Shown piece by piece: positions 13,801 through 26,623 of a stretch of DNA of 64,000 nucleotides. Positions within the stretch are counted from its first letter, which is position 1. Each line of letters begins with the position of its first letter. The DNA comes from Blasia pusilla (lineage: Eukaryota), in contig CM114271.1 in assembly GCA_050084515.1 (NCBI GenBank), forward strand, positions 806,001 to 870,000, in the 5' to 3' direction. The position numbers were made by a program, and so were the translations under genes. A model generated the notes under the pieces. The model worked only from the letters and a program-made list of their open reading frames with translations, was not told where the DNA came from and made no database searches.

Positions 13801-14067
13801 GGAATTAGTAGAACCAACTTCTCTGCTCTCAAGTATGATTCAAATAAGAAATTTACCAAGAGGAGATTTCCACTTATGTTAGGATATGCTATGACTACTC
13901 ATAAGAGCAAGGGATCCACAATACATGGGCCTTGCCTCTTAGTTGTCAAATCAATCTTTGCTTTAGGTTTAGTTTATGTGATGCTATCTAGAGTTAAGAG
14001 AAGGAACCAAGTCAGAATTTTAGAATCACTGTCACCACCTGATTTTGTTGTTTTTGGTCAGGATTAG
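10900..14067 (+). pseudogene. Helitron-superfamily RepHel (HUH Rep plus PIF1 helicase), decayed; Helentron/Helitron2-like
   Basis: Rep: WGMPHLFLTLT, RYELQGRGSLHCHIILW, FYLLKYALK (about 11983-12009). Helicase: KGASGCGKS, IVIDEF, GYLCQLPPV, FPLMLGYAMTTHKSKGST, VYVMLSRV. Fragmented over several frames. Confidence 0.92.
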
Positions 14068-16090
14068 TCCTCCTTCCTTTGCAATTTTCCACTTTTAATA
14101 TGGTTATTCTTCTAGGTATGTCTTCACATGGAAACTCCAGCAAGGGTAGGAACATCAGACCAACACCTCATGCTTCCCAAAGTGAGAAATTACCCCTCTA
14201 TGAACATGAGACCAACCCCAAAAATATGCCCGATGGTCACTCTACACGTCAGCACCAGCAGTAGACTCAGTCATCCGTCCAGGTTTCTTCCTACACATTC
14301 ACTATGTTCATTCTTAACTTCTGTTGCTTTGCCATCACCTAACATTTCATGTGCACGTTCCCTCCAACTACTTGGACTTCACAAGCATGATATTATCAGA
14401 CATACATGCACAACCAGAGGAGTTCAAACCCCGGTTCATTTTCCCCACTGAAAATCAGGTTAAATATATGGACAATTTAGGCTTTGTACCTTCGTTCTAG
14501 GAACATGAAGTCAAAGGGAGGCAGATTCAGTCACTTATTAGACAAGGGCAACAATGGGATTCAAAGTTTCGACGCATTATCAAAGATGCCCTTGCATGAA
14601 GTAAGAGCCTATTTGTCTTCTTATCACTTTGCCTTAGTAGTGTTACCAATATTTATTTTCTAATATTGATACCTAACTTGCTTTCTTCAAACTCTGCAAG
14701 GATCAAAAAAGAAGTTCTCAAATTAAAAAAGTTGACTTCAAAGAAACTTCTTTGACAAGAAAGGATGCAGCCAAGACTATTCAACATCGTGTCTGGTGGT
14801 ATCAAGCTCGATCAGTTGCGCGTCCTGAGGCATCAGATGCACTCGCCTCTCAGTATGTTAATAGACTTAACATTTGCTAAAGCCTCACACCTTATCAAGT
14901 GCATGAAATATGCCCAGGATAATTGATAGTTACCAGAGTTTGAGCCTATTTCGATTGATGTAGACAACCCTTCTCAATTTCCCGGTCTTCCAGAACTTGA
15001 TGATGTCAATATCTTGCCATCTGCTCGTGCACTAAACTCTGTCACGGCTTCCCAAAGAGATGTCATTGACGTGGTTGACATTTCTACTACTGCCCAGAGC
15101 AGTGATTTTAACACTATGTTGCAATCCCCGAGCAAAAGGAAATGCACATAAAACATCCGTTTTCTTTTGGTAAGTTATTGTTGTTTAGACTTTTCTTTAA
15201 CATTTTCACTTCTTCTGAAACTATTTCATGTGCACTTAGCTAACTTGCATGTACATTGTCATTTGCAGGTTCCTGAGTTTCTAGCTAGTCTATCTCTTTC
15301 ACACAAGTGACTAGCCTTTGCTGGATTTTACCTGTTACATATGCTGCTATAACTTACTCTATACCATAGGCATAACGTTTGATATCATTTTGCCCATGTG
15401 AAACTCTGTATCTTATGTAACAAATTTTTCAAACCGAATTTCTTTGATTCTCATCTTGTCCGTCTAAAAAATGCAGTGCAATTCCAATATATTTGTTTGA
15501 AGCCACATTAAGCTTCTCCCTCTTGTTGTATTATTGATGGTCATCGATTTCCATCTTCTTTTATATCATACATCTTTCTTTCCTTTATTTAGCATTTATA
15601 TCTATTTTTGGACATTCAACACTCCATTACATTTATTCATTTGTACTAATATTTTGACTTCCATTTGATTTTAAGCTCATGAAATATGTTTGGGACCCTA
15701 CAATAGTCACATCAATGTTTCCATGTACTTATGCCATTTCTGTTATTTCACTTGCCTGGAATTACAACTTGTGTCCTCTTACTTTCACTTGGTTTTATTC
15801 TCAGGTCTTTGTAGATTTTGTACCAACTCAACAATATTTATGTCTTTTAGTATCTATTTAGTAAATGTTCCTTTGGCTTTGCTAACTAGTTGGCCGATTA
15901 GAGTGTATGTGTTGAATACTTCTAACGAGAGCAACTTTTCCACATCTAGCCCCTCAGCTTTATGTCAGTGCTATCATATTCCACTATGCATGGTACTGTA
16001 GCTATGAGAGTTTCATTCTATTTTGTTACCATTTTAAGCACATGTAATTGATCCCATCTCTTCTCTATTTCATTAAGATGTCTCTTGCAG

Positions 16091-16453
16091 GCCTGGAGTG
16101 GCTTTGATGAGTGCACTCATTTCTAACATGGTTGTACGGGTGATGCTGCAAATTGGGACGTCCACGAAGTTACAATGTCTGATGCAACATATGCTTCTAT
16201 CCGTGCTACACTCGATGAGGCTCACGAGCGCTCAGTCCATCTTAACACTGAGATAACAGTTCTAGTGGATGTCTTGCAACTTGAGCAAGACGCATGTGTA
16301 AATCTAGCTGCTAAATTAAATAGTGCAAAGCAGCAGTTGAAGTAGGCCAAAGATCACTTCAAGGATTTTGTAGCAAATGTTAGTGGTTATATTAAAGGGC
16401 ATCCAAAGCTTGCTCTACAAGCTTTTGTGATAGAGTCCCTGCCGAGGGATTGA
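16091..16453 (+). pseudogene. Exon-like coiled-coil ORF remnant downstream of RepHel (possible Helitron cargo)
   Basis: TTGCAG acceptor ends at 16090, followed by about 120 codons interrupted only by TAA and TAG (probable CAA/CAG C>T changes), with a heptad-like LAAKLNSAKQQLK segment. Confidence 0.4.
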
Positions 16454-17129
16454 TGTTCTATCAACGATGTATTTTCCAATTTTTATCCACATATGCTAGC
16501 TACAGCTCTGCTCATAATTCTACTACTGCTTTCATAGGCAATCTAAGAACATCATACAATCCATAAGTATGCTTTTTGCAGTTATCTATGCACATATTTA
16601 AATCAATCAAGTGCTTTTAGCATATTATCCATTCACTTCAATAAGGCTCAAATTCTCCTTAAGCTGGTGTGAATCAGATAAACTATCATAATTTATTTTT
16701 TCTCATAATCTAGTCCCGACAATAATTTCATGATTCTGACTTGGTACAACAAAATCATTTCCCGCTTTTCCTACTATTGGCTTCGATTCATTAACCATAT
16801 ACTGGACAAAAACTTTCATTTTCAGCTCTATGCATTCAAAATGGGTTGTTTCTCAACTTTAATCGAATCTGCGCACCTCGCACAGCAGATCAGAGCGCAT
16901 GAATCTTTCTTCCCCAATGATTTGACTGAATAATTCAAAATCATCTCCATCATGTATGCAAATTTAACTATGGGTTTGGTTGCCCAATTATTTAGGAACA
17001 TCTACTCAATATAACCTACTTACTCACATTAAATTCAGCCTCCTACCCACTTATTGGGATAAGCTTAAACCTAACCGCCTACCGCTATCTTCAACAATGA
17101 TCCTTGACAAACATATATTTACCTCTTAC

Positions 17130-17343
17130 TCTAATCATCGATAGACCCTTCTCTTGATCTATCTATTCCAAGACGCACGCTAGTTTCTCCTTCCCCCCTA
17201 CCTCCATTCCATCCCCCCTTGTTGCCTCGCCCATCCATACCATGCTTTACACCATGAACCATAAGTATGGGCCATGCCTCTTGCAATCCATGTCTATGGA
17301 CATGTCCAAACTTGTCCATCCATGTCTGTTTTTGTGCAACAAT
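17130..17343 (+). mobile_element. Partial copy of the TGCAACCATG-TIR MITE family
   Basis: Shares AAGTATGGGCC...TTGCAATCCATGTC...TTGTCC...TTTTGTGCAAC with the copies at 32310, 36760 and 46311. Confidence 0.65.
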
Positions 17344-18623
17344 GTTTTAGACCCTCTTAGTTACTTACTATTATATAGCAAAATTGCCCAACCAATATGA
17401 AGTTTAATAAGTATTTTGCTTATAAACAAATAGACAAGTGTTGTAGTTATAAATATTAATCATAAATTCCATCAAGAGGCCAAAATTCTAAAAGACTTAA
17501 ATTTAATGTCCAAAGAATGAAGCAAACGTCCTCAATTTGATCTCAAAGTGTAAATCTTTTTTTCAAATTTTCTCTCATATCCAAAAGATCTTTGAAATTA
17601 CTTAGAAAATTTTAAAATATTCATCCAAAAGTTTTTGTATGCCAAAAAAACATGCATCTTAACTTTTCCTAATGCAAAAAAACTGAAACACATATCCTCT
17701 ATAATCCCTATTATTTCGACATGGATGTTCATATGAGAGCAAAGATGAGATCTTCTTGAGTTAAATTCTTTTATAATTGAGTAGAACTTAGTTTCTCGTT
17801 TCTTTATTTGTACTTTTAAAATTATTTGGTAGTTTTTAAAAATTTTGCATCATACAATAATATAGAAATCTATTGAGATTTTCTTTCCTTAAGAAACACT
17901 AGAAAGTGTATGCAACCAAGTTTCTATTCTTTTTTTAAAATAAAAAGTGTATATAACCATCTTAATTTACTTAAAATTTTAGATAGGGATATTTCTAATA
18001 ATTTGCATCTTGTCACTACAAGGATCTCTCTTTTGAACTAAAGTAATTTCAATTCCCTTCCTTTGTTTGACTCTTTGAATCATCTTTATTGTACTTTCAA
18101 AGTATCCTATAATATTCCTTGTTTATTCACACTTTGCATTTCTTTAGAAACGAGGTGGAAGTTTGAAATTTAATGGTAAAATATAAAGAATAAGATTTTT
18201 GTGCATGTACATCACCCATGCTATCCATACATGGTGTAAAAATTCACGCTTGCAGATAATATTAATCCATGATTTTCAAAAGATATGGAGTTGCGGCTTT
18301 GCCATTCTCCAACTCTTTCTATATTTTTTTATGGATACTTGTTGCATTTGGGAATCACATCACAAATTTGAGATCTTTAAATAGAATTCGCTCTTTGATT
18401 GATCTCTTCCTCACAAGTATCTCATCGATAAAATCGAGAGTCATGCAAGTTGAGATTGAGTAACAATGATCTCGTACATACGTGAAGCAAAATTGAATTG
18501 GGGATTTTCCTCATCTACACTATTATTATAATAATATAGGATAACTTACACCCTTATGATTGGGCCAAGACAAGGATGCCATCTCCACATATCTTATATT
18601 TATGTTAAACCCCAAACAATATC

Positions 18624-18625
<2 letters not shown>

Positions 18626-18665
<40 letters not shown>

Positions 18666-18679
18666 TATATATATATATA
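18626..18679. repeat. (AG)n(AT)n microsatellite just past the RLK stop codon
   Basis: Direct inspection. Confidence 0.95.
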
Positions 18680-18693
18680 TTCTTACACTTATC

Positions 18694-21600
18694 CTATACA
18701 GTTTTGGAAGAAGTGGAAGATGAGCTCCAAGAAGAATCATCTAAGAGATCTATAAAAGCTGGAGGGGAGAAGGGGGCGGGAAAGTGGGGAGAATCATCGA
18801 TGCTTATGGATTGGAGGATGGTTTTGGTGGTCTTGCTTTTACTTTCATCTATCTTAGAATGAAGTGGAACTTGTGAAGTGGCCTTGACATCAACAAGCAT
18901 GCGGACCACTTCTCGCATGCAAGGTCGTTCATCGGGCCTCACATTGGTGCAAAAGAGGCCTATTCTCAAGACCATCATCATCTCCTCTTGCACGTCTAAT
19001 GGGAGCTCACCCATTCGTTTGTCCAATGCTGATGTCAATACTCCATGCTTCTCACGGAGTCTAAATTGTGTCCATGAGCGAAGATGCTCATCTTCTCCGT
19101 TTTCCTCCTCCACCGGCCTCTTCCCAGTCACGAGCTCTAGAAGAACCACTCCATAGCTATACACATCGCTCTTCTCACTGGCTTTCATTGAGAAAGCGCA
19201 CTCTGCAAGCCAAGCAACCACATAAATTAAGAACCGATCGTCATCAACTCTTCTCATTCTCTCCAATCCAATAATTGTATCAACCTAAAAGCTAGTGTTT
19301 AGACCCACTTCCAAAGTGTGTCGGAATATTAAGAATTCTCTTTTAAGAATATAGACACGAAACCATAGAACAGCATAGGGCCTAGCAAGTGAATATGCTT
19401 AGGAGAGGTATGTAGTTGCACATCCTTCTCCTAACGTTAATTCATGTCCACCAAAATTTGTGTGTGATTTTTCATACCAAAAAAATGGTCTCCAAAAAAT
19501 AATTGCCCATCATTAACTTCACCTACCCTAAATGTATAACTAAATATATATTCTTGTTAATATACATTAGTGTATACCAATCTTGTTAATATATATAATA
19601 CATTAATATACCATGTTTAGTCGGGTGAAGGGACCAACCATGAATCAAATGAAGAATAATATAATATAATAATCTAAATTACTAATAATTAATAGCACTT
19701 TTTTAGAAGGAATTGCTTTGAGAAGCGAACGATTCGCGAAGAGAAGTGTCCGGAGAATGGAGAAGTGAAGAGAGCGATTTGCGAAGAGAAGTCTTCCGAG
19801 AAGAGAAGAGAAGAGAGCGATTTGCGAAGAGAAGTCTTCCGAGAAGAGAAGAGAAGAGAGCGATTTGCGAAGAGAAGTCTCCGGAGAAGAGAAGAGAAGA
19901 GAGCGATTTGCGAGCAGATGCGACAGAATGGGGCAGAGGAGAGAGAATCGAAATCTTACCCGGGGCGATGTAGCCATGGGATCCCACCACGTTGGACATG
20001 GTGTGCATCTGCTGAATGCCCTGCAGGAGCTTGGCCAGTCCGAAGTCCGCGAGTCGCGCTTCGAAGTCGTCGTCCAGCAGAATGTTGTTGCTCTTGATGT
20101 CTCGGTGCAGGATGGGAGGCACGCAATCGTGATGGAGGTACGTGAGGCCCTGCGCCGCGCCCAGCGCGATCTTGTACCTCGTATCCCAATCCAGCATCCC
20201 TCCCTTGGATCCGTGCAGCTGGTCCGCCAGGGACCCGTTGGGCAGGAATTCGTAGACCAGGAGTTTGGTGTCGTCGTTCGCGCAGCACGCCAGAAGCTTG
20301 ATCACATTGTTGTGGCGGATGTTGCCCAGAGTCTCGATCTCCGCTCGGAATCCGTAGTCGTAGGATCCCGCACCGAGCTCCACGCCTCCCTTCAATTTCT
20401 TCACCACGAACGCCTGCTCCTCCGTCCTCGTCCTCCCGCGGTGCATTTTCCCGGCTCGGATCTCGCCCCTGTACACTTTCCCGGATCCGCCACTGCCCAC
20501 CACATTGTCGTCGTCCAGAGTGCTGAGCACATCTTCCAGCGTGAGATCCGGGAGCGTGTGGAACATGATGATGCTCCACCGATTCTTGCAGCACTTCTTG
20601 CCTCTCAATTTCCTGAATCGGTCGGAGTAGCAGCACAGGCAGAGGCACGAAGTGCAAGTGAAGGGCACCAGGACTCCGGCCAGAACCAGCAGGATGAGAG
20701 TGAGGCCCGAGCTCCTGGACCTCTCTTGCGATCTGCTCAGGGGGAATCCGCAGGGCTTCAGGAGCTTCTCCAGCTCCGCATCCGCTGCACAGAGATTCGG
20801 ATTGCCCTCGACATCGCTGGCATTCAGCAGTGCGAAGAAGCCGAGGGCGCTCACTGGCCCTTGCAGGTTGTTGTAGGAAATGTCCAGCACTTTCAGGTTC
20901 TCGGCGCTGGACAGCTCCAGCGGAACCAGACCCCCTAAACGATTGTGCGACAGGGTCAGCTCGTTCAGATTGGGCATGTAGGCGAAAGACGGAGGGATGA
21001 CGCCGCAGAACTGATTGTAATCCAAGTAAAGCAACAGGAGTTTTCTGCAATAATTGATGTTCATGGAAATCTGCCCCGACAGAGAGTTGTGAGAGAGATC
21101 CACACGTTCCAGATTGGGAGCCGAGCACAGGTCGATGGGGAAACTTCCGTTCAGAAGATTGTCCGAAGCTTCGAAATCGATCAAGCCGCCGAGCTTGCCG
21201 AGCTCGGCTGGCACGGTCCCCGTCAACCGATTACCCGAAACTATCAAGCTCTCGAGCGCGGAGCAATTTCCAAGCTCCGCAGGGATGGCACCGGTGAGAT
21301 TGTTGTACCCTACCTCAAAGAAATTCAAACTCTGAAGAGCTCCTAAACTCTTGGGTATACTACCCGTCAAGCGATTGTTCTGGATGCGGACACGCTCCAG
21401 GGTCTGGCAGATACCTAGAGATTCCGGGATTGGTCCCGAGAATTTATTGTCGAACAGAAGCAACCTCTGCAGTTTGCCCATGTTGCAGAAGCCGGGCGGG
21501 ATGGGACCCGAAAGAGAGTTGTTGATTGCATCGAACTTCAGGAGCGGATTGTTCTGTCCCAAAGTCGGAGGCAGTGGTCCCGTCAGAAAATTGTCGTACA

Positions 21601-22726
21601 GGAAAACGTCTTCCAGAAGACTCATTCTTTCGAACAGCCCCGCGGGAACCTCCCCCGAGAGATTGTTGTCGCTGACATGGAATAGTGTCAACAGTGTCAG
21701 ATTCCCCAGCTCCTCCGGAATGGAGCCAGACAATCGGTTGCTTGCCAAATCCAGATTCCCCAATGTCGATGCCAGCTTCCCAAGCTCCCGCGGCATGGAG
21801 CCACTGATTTGATTAGAATACAGACGCAAAACTTCAATACTGCGAAGGTTTCCGATCTCTGGGGGCATCGGGCCTTCCAGCATGTTATAGGAAATGTCCA
21901 ACATGCGCAAGCCGTCCATGCCGCCCAGCGATGCAGGAATTGTTCCGTCGAGGCTGTTCACCTGCAAGTACAAGGTCTGCAGCTTCTTCAAATTCCCCAA
22001 CGACTCAGGGAGCCGCCCCACCAAGCCATTGGTATTCAGGTCAAGATACTGGAGATTGGTCAAGGTTCCAATGCCCGAAGGAAACCCCGAGCCAGTGAAG
22101 AAATTGCCGCACAGATCCAGGTACCATATCACTTCTTGATTGGCAATATCCTCCGGGATGTTACCCGACAGCAGATTGTTGTGCAAATCCAGAACTTCTA
22201 AGCTGATGAGATTCTGGAAGCCTGTGGGGATGGTCCCGCTGAGGTTATTGGTGCTGAGGTCGAGGTGGCGGAGCGATGTCAGATTGAAGTACGCAGGCGG
22301 AATTGGACCCGTGAAATTATTGAACCTCAGGGAAACGTTGAGAAGAGTATCGATGTCTCCTAAACTCGCCGGAATCGGACCCGACAAGAAGTTCGATCCC
22401 AGACTCACATTCTGCAGAGATTTGATGCCTCCGATACTCTCTGGGAGCGTACCCGAAATGTTCAACGAATTGAGGATGATTCCCGTTACCCGCCCCTCAC
22501 TGCAAATGATGCCGTTCCAATTACATGGAGTTGCATCCGATTCGTTCCAATTGTCGAGAAAACCCCGGGGGTCATCCACCACCGCCTTTTTGAACGCCAT
22601 CAGAGCTTCGCCGTCGGAAGACAACGCCGCTACACACGCAACGCTCAGCATGAGACAGCAGCAGCGAGCCCACGCCCGCAGGCGGCCCTCCTGCCCAGGA
22701 AGACATGCCCTCCAAAATCCCGACAT
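18694..22726 (-). CDS. Leucine-rich-repeat receptor-like Ser/Thr kinase (LRR-XI-like); exons 22726-19960 and 19202-18694, about 1091 aa
   Basis: Signal peptide, LRRNT (WNESDATPCNWNGIIC), about 20+ LxGxIP LRRs, GNPNLC cap, TM helix, and kinase motifs GSGGSGKVY, HRDIKSNNILL, DFG. A GT-AG intron at the conserved GYIAP|E position restores the frame (3276 nt total). The ORF-track start at 22813 is a GTG; the first ATG is at 22726. Confidence 0.95.
19720..19915. repeat. Intronic minisatellite, 38-43 bp unit (GAGAAGAGAAGAGAGCGATTTGCGAAGAGAAGTCTTCC), about 4-5 copies
   Basis: Direct tandem repeats inside the RLK intron. Confidence 0.9.
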
Positions 22727-24265
22727 TGTCCTCTCCTTCTCGATTCCACAGAACCCGTTCACGCTATTGTTTCCTCCTCCGACCAACGTGCGTTCCCTTC
22801 GCCGCCGCTTCACTCTGTTGTTCCCACTGTGCTCTTCCCTTCCCCTTCTCCCGCACCCCTCCCATCATTTTCGCCCCCTAGAGTTCCCATCATTCCTTCT
22901 TGAACATCTCTCTCTCTCTCACACACACACAAGAGGAGGTGCAGCTGAAGGAGGGGACCTGGATCAAATTGTGTAATCAGACGGTGCATTGATCAGCTCA
23001 ACACGGACAACCTCAACAAAGGACCATCAATACTGTGATAATAATGCATCGCTGCAATTTGGGAGAGAGAAGAAGAATGATTTTTAGTCCACGGGAAGCC
23101 TAACTGGACTATGGAACCCCTTCCACATGTGTGATATTGACATCCGACAGAGAGATCAAGAAAGGACGCTCAAGAATTCTGACCGAAGCAGTGCGTGCCA
23201 TCGGGAGCCCGGACAGAAACGTTGATAGCGGAAAAGAGCGAATTGAGACAAGAAGGAAGCAACAGAATCACAGCGTCGCCACCGAAGAGTGGAAGAGCCG
23301 AGAGGAAGGGAAAACAGGATCAAAATGCACTCCCAGAAAGCACGAGCGCTCTGGCAAAAAAGAGGCCCCTGAAGAACCACCGCAGCGCAAATCCTCCCTG
23401 AGCGATGAGCCCAACGTCCTTCGGGTTCAAATCGCATGCACACGGGACTCTGGAGCGAACGAATGAGTGAGACACAGTGAGTGACAACAGTCTCTGAGCG
23501 AGTCACGATGTGCACAGTGGGAGCTCTTCTGTGCGTGCGCATAGTGTGTGTCAGCGTATGCGCCAACTCATCGCGACAGCTCCGAGTCACGCCGTATTAT
23601 TATTGCGACCGCAGGACCACCGTATCCACGAGGACCAGAATCTGTGCCGGGGTCGTGCGGAGAGTCGGAGTCTGCGTGGACGGGACCCGGCATCATTCCG
23701 TCGGACGCCGTCCGTCTGTCTCGCGGTCACCCGCTCACACTTCTGGCCCACCCACTCACCGCCCGTCATTCACAGGAGCTTCGGGAGTAGCTCCGGATAG
23801 TTGAAGGTAGGTTGAGATCCTCGTCCAATTGGCCGCGAACACTACGCGACATAAAGACGGGTATTTATGTTTTCCTCCGAGAAAATAATAAAAATGTGGC
23901 AATCAACGGTGCACGAAAATCAATAATCTTTTTTTTATTTTATTCAATTTCTGAGACCTCGGTTGTTCCGGGTCTTCATTTCAAGGTTATCAGTACGTCC
24001 CATAATTTATTACGGGTCGACTTTCACTATATTATTCAGAAAAGACTATAGTTCAAAATAAACTTCTTTTAATTGAAAATAACTAAATTCATTCAATATA
24101 TATATATACGTGCGTTTCTCCACGTGCGTTCATGCCGTGGGTCGTTTGTTCTCCGCACCATATTCACACCAATAAAACTCTTTGGAGTGAGTGCTAATCT
24201 CATTTTTATCACTATGGATTGGTGCCATGCAAGGATGGGGTCCTCCTTAATAATTGAGGTTTAGA

Positions 24266-24446
24266 TCTATGTTGTTGTAGGAGGAGCGTTTTTCAAATGG
24301 TGATAGTCAAATGTTCATCACTCGTCATTTTAAGTCCACAAATGTATGACGCGTGGCATAACCGAACGCCTAGGATGGCATAACCGCACGCTTAGGGTCC
24401 CGGTGACGGTGCATCGCACCACCCCGGGGGCATGGGTCCTAACTAG
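24266..24446 (+). mobile_element. Short non-autonomous Helitron (181 bp)
   Basis: A|TC start, GGTGCATCGCACC hairpin, CTAG|T end. Homologous to 34070-34252. Confidence 0.8.
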
Positions 24447-24734
24447 TTTATATATGACCAAATTAAGGGAGGTCTCAAATTAAGGAGACCAAATTTATTT
24501 TTTAGAGGAGTAGTGACAAATGTCGAACATGGGAGTGAAGTTAGTCTTGTGAGTTTTGTAAGTCTATTCTGAAATTTATTGATATTACAAATTAACTTGT
24601 GGAGTTTTCTTTGTTAATTGGAGTCCCTTTTTAATCTATATACTATCGAGAGGATGCTCTTAGTGTTTTACTTTTGTCACCTTAACACAATTATTTAGAG
24701 ACATTGAAACATGAATTAAAGTAATACAAGGGCA

Positions 24735-25143
24735 TGTGAGAAAAAAAAGAATGTGACGAAATCACTTAAATTTGTTACAAATCTTGAAGATACAAGCTGG
24801 CCTAGTCCGTCCATGGGCTCACAAAAGAGCTTCGATGGAACTTGAACATATAGATAACCCGACATATAAGAATGCGTTGTCCGTGCAACTCCCGACTATT
24901 TGACTACTTGAGAAACTAGGGTTTTCAACCTGTTTTCTTTATTTTTATTAATTAAAAAATTTTGTACCCGATGCAATATAGGGTTAGATAATCCTAGTAA
25001 TCCTATTCCACAAACCATATACGTCATATTATTATAACTCATTCGACGTCTAAGTCAGAACCATCAATGTAGGCTTCTCCTCAAATAAGGGGGTCGATCA
25101 AATTAATTGTGTACAAGTAGAAGTGGATGTTGAGAATCCAATA
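24735..25143 (+). repeat. Unclassified repeat of about 410-440 bp, copy A
   Basis: Colinear and roughly 80% similar by eye to 26180-26623. Confidence 0.85.
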
Positions 25144-26179
25144 GGGAATGTCCTCCCATCAAAGTATGCAAATAGGGATAAGGTCATGGATCATGTATAT
25201 ACTAATAATAGAGTATTATGAGGTTTTTGTTTTTATAAATGAATAATTATTCGATCACAACTTTTTTTTGGGTCTTTTCAAATATTACATTTGAATCTAA
25301 TTTTGACCTAGCTTATCTCAAGTTTTATAATATATCTAGAGTGCAAAGTTAGAATACCATGAAAAAAGAACAAAGGAGAATTTATTTTAATGGATATTTC
25401 ATTGTCACATTGGTATTCAAAGGACCTTCATACCAAGAAAATAGTAATGTTAAAAGCATGGCATGAACACATGCTCAATCTAAAAATTAAAATTTTCAAC
25501 ATATGTTAAGCATGATATGTCATAACGCCTATGCAACCACATCAATCATGTGATGTATTATTCAAGAAAATGAAAAATCAAACCCTTTGCATGGAACCAT
25601 ACAAACAAATTTTCACACCTTAATATTTTGTGGATTTTGTGAATAAATTTCCCACAAGAATCTATATTATTAATTTAGGAAGTGCTATGAGGATGCTAGC
25701 ATGTGAGGAGAGATTCTTATAAAAGAAGTGAAGTGTTTTTCAAAGAGGAAACACGAATTGTCATATTAACTACTTTGGCAAAAATTAATCCTAAGGAAAG
25801 AGCCCTTGGGATAAATATTTATAGTAAAAATATTAAGGTGGTCCAAGTGGTTCATTGTAGAATCTTCCAATATGTAATTTTCCCACACATATTGCAATTT
25901 CATAAAATATCCGTATCCACAAATATGGGTAGATATAGAAGGCAAAGAATTTTAAAAAAGGACCTATACAAGGCTCTAATTTATCTAGAGTGATAAGATC
26001 ATTGGGAGGGATTATATTATGATCCTTTTTTTTTAATCTTGTGGGAGAGTTTATGGTAGTGATAGATGTGGATAGAATGATTACGTGGTCCCATAGTGGG
26101 ATATAACATACCCCATCATATTATTTCTCGTACAATATTGTTATCCATAGGCTTCCATGAAAAGAAAGATGCAAGAAGT

Positions 26180-26623
26180 GTGAGAAAACAGAAAGTGACT
26201 AAATCACTGAAATCTTTACAAAAACTTAGAGATACAAAGTGGCCTAGTCCGTCCGTGCGCTCACAGAAGAGCTTCGATGGAACCTGAACTGGGAGATAAC
26301 TCGACATACGAGAATGCGCTACCGCTGCGGCTCCCGACTATTTGACTACTCGGGAAAACTAGGGTTTTTACCTATTTTTCTTCGTTTCTATTAATAGAAA
26401 AATTTTGCCGGGGCCTGCGCCCTGGACCCTACTTGACGCGCATCAGAAACACCGATGCAATATAGGTTAGATAAACCTAGTAACGCTACTCCGTAAACCA
26501 CCTACGTCATATTACTATGACTCTTTCGACGTCTAAGTCGGAACCATCGATCTAGGCTTCTCCTCATACAAGGGGGCCGATCAAATCAATGGTGCTCAGA
26601 GGAGTGGATGTTGAGAATCCAAT
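26180..26623 (+). repeat. Unclassified repeat of about 410-440 bp, copy B
   Basis: Direct repeat of 24735-25143 with an extra GC-rich segment at about 26408-26450. Confidence 0.85.

Noticed and set aside
19720-19915. CRISPR-like array
   Set aside because: These are head-to-tail repeats with no unique spacers, in a eukaryotic intron, with no cas genes.
19703-19959. C-terminal 85 aa of the 1036-aa ORF as genuine protein
   Set aside because: This is read-through into the intron; splicing at 19959/19203 restores the kinase domain.
19865-22976. Long antisense and alternate-frame ORFs (357, 390, 278 aa and others)
   Set aside because: They are shadows of the GC-rich RLK coding sequence with no recognisable domains.
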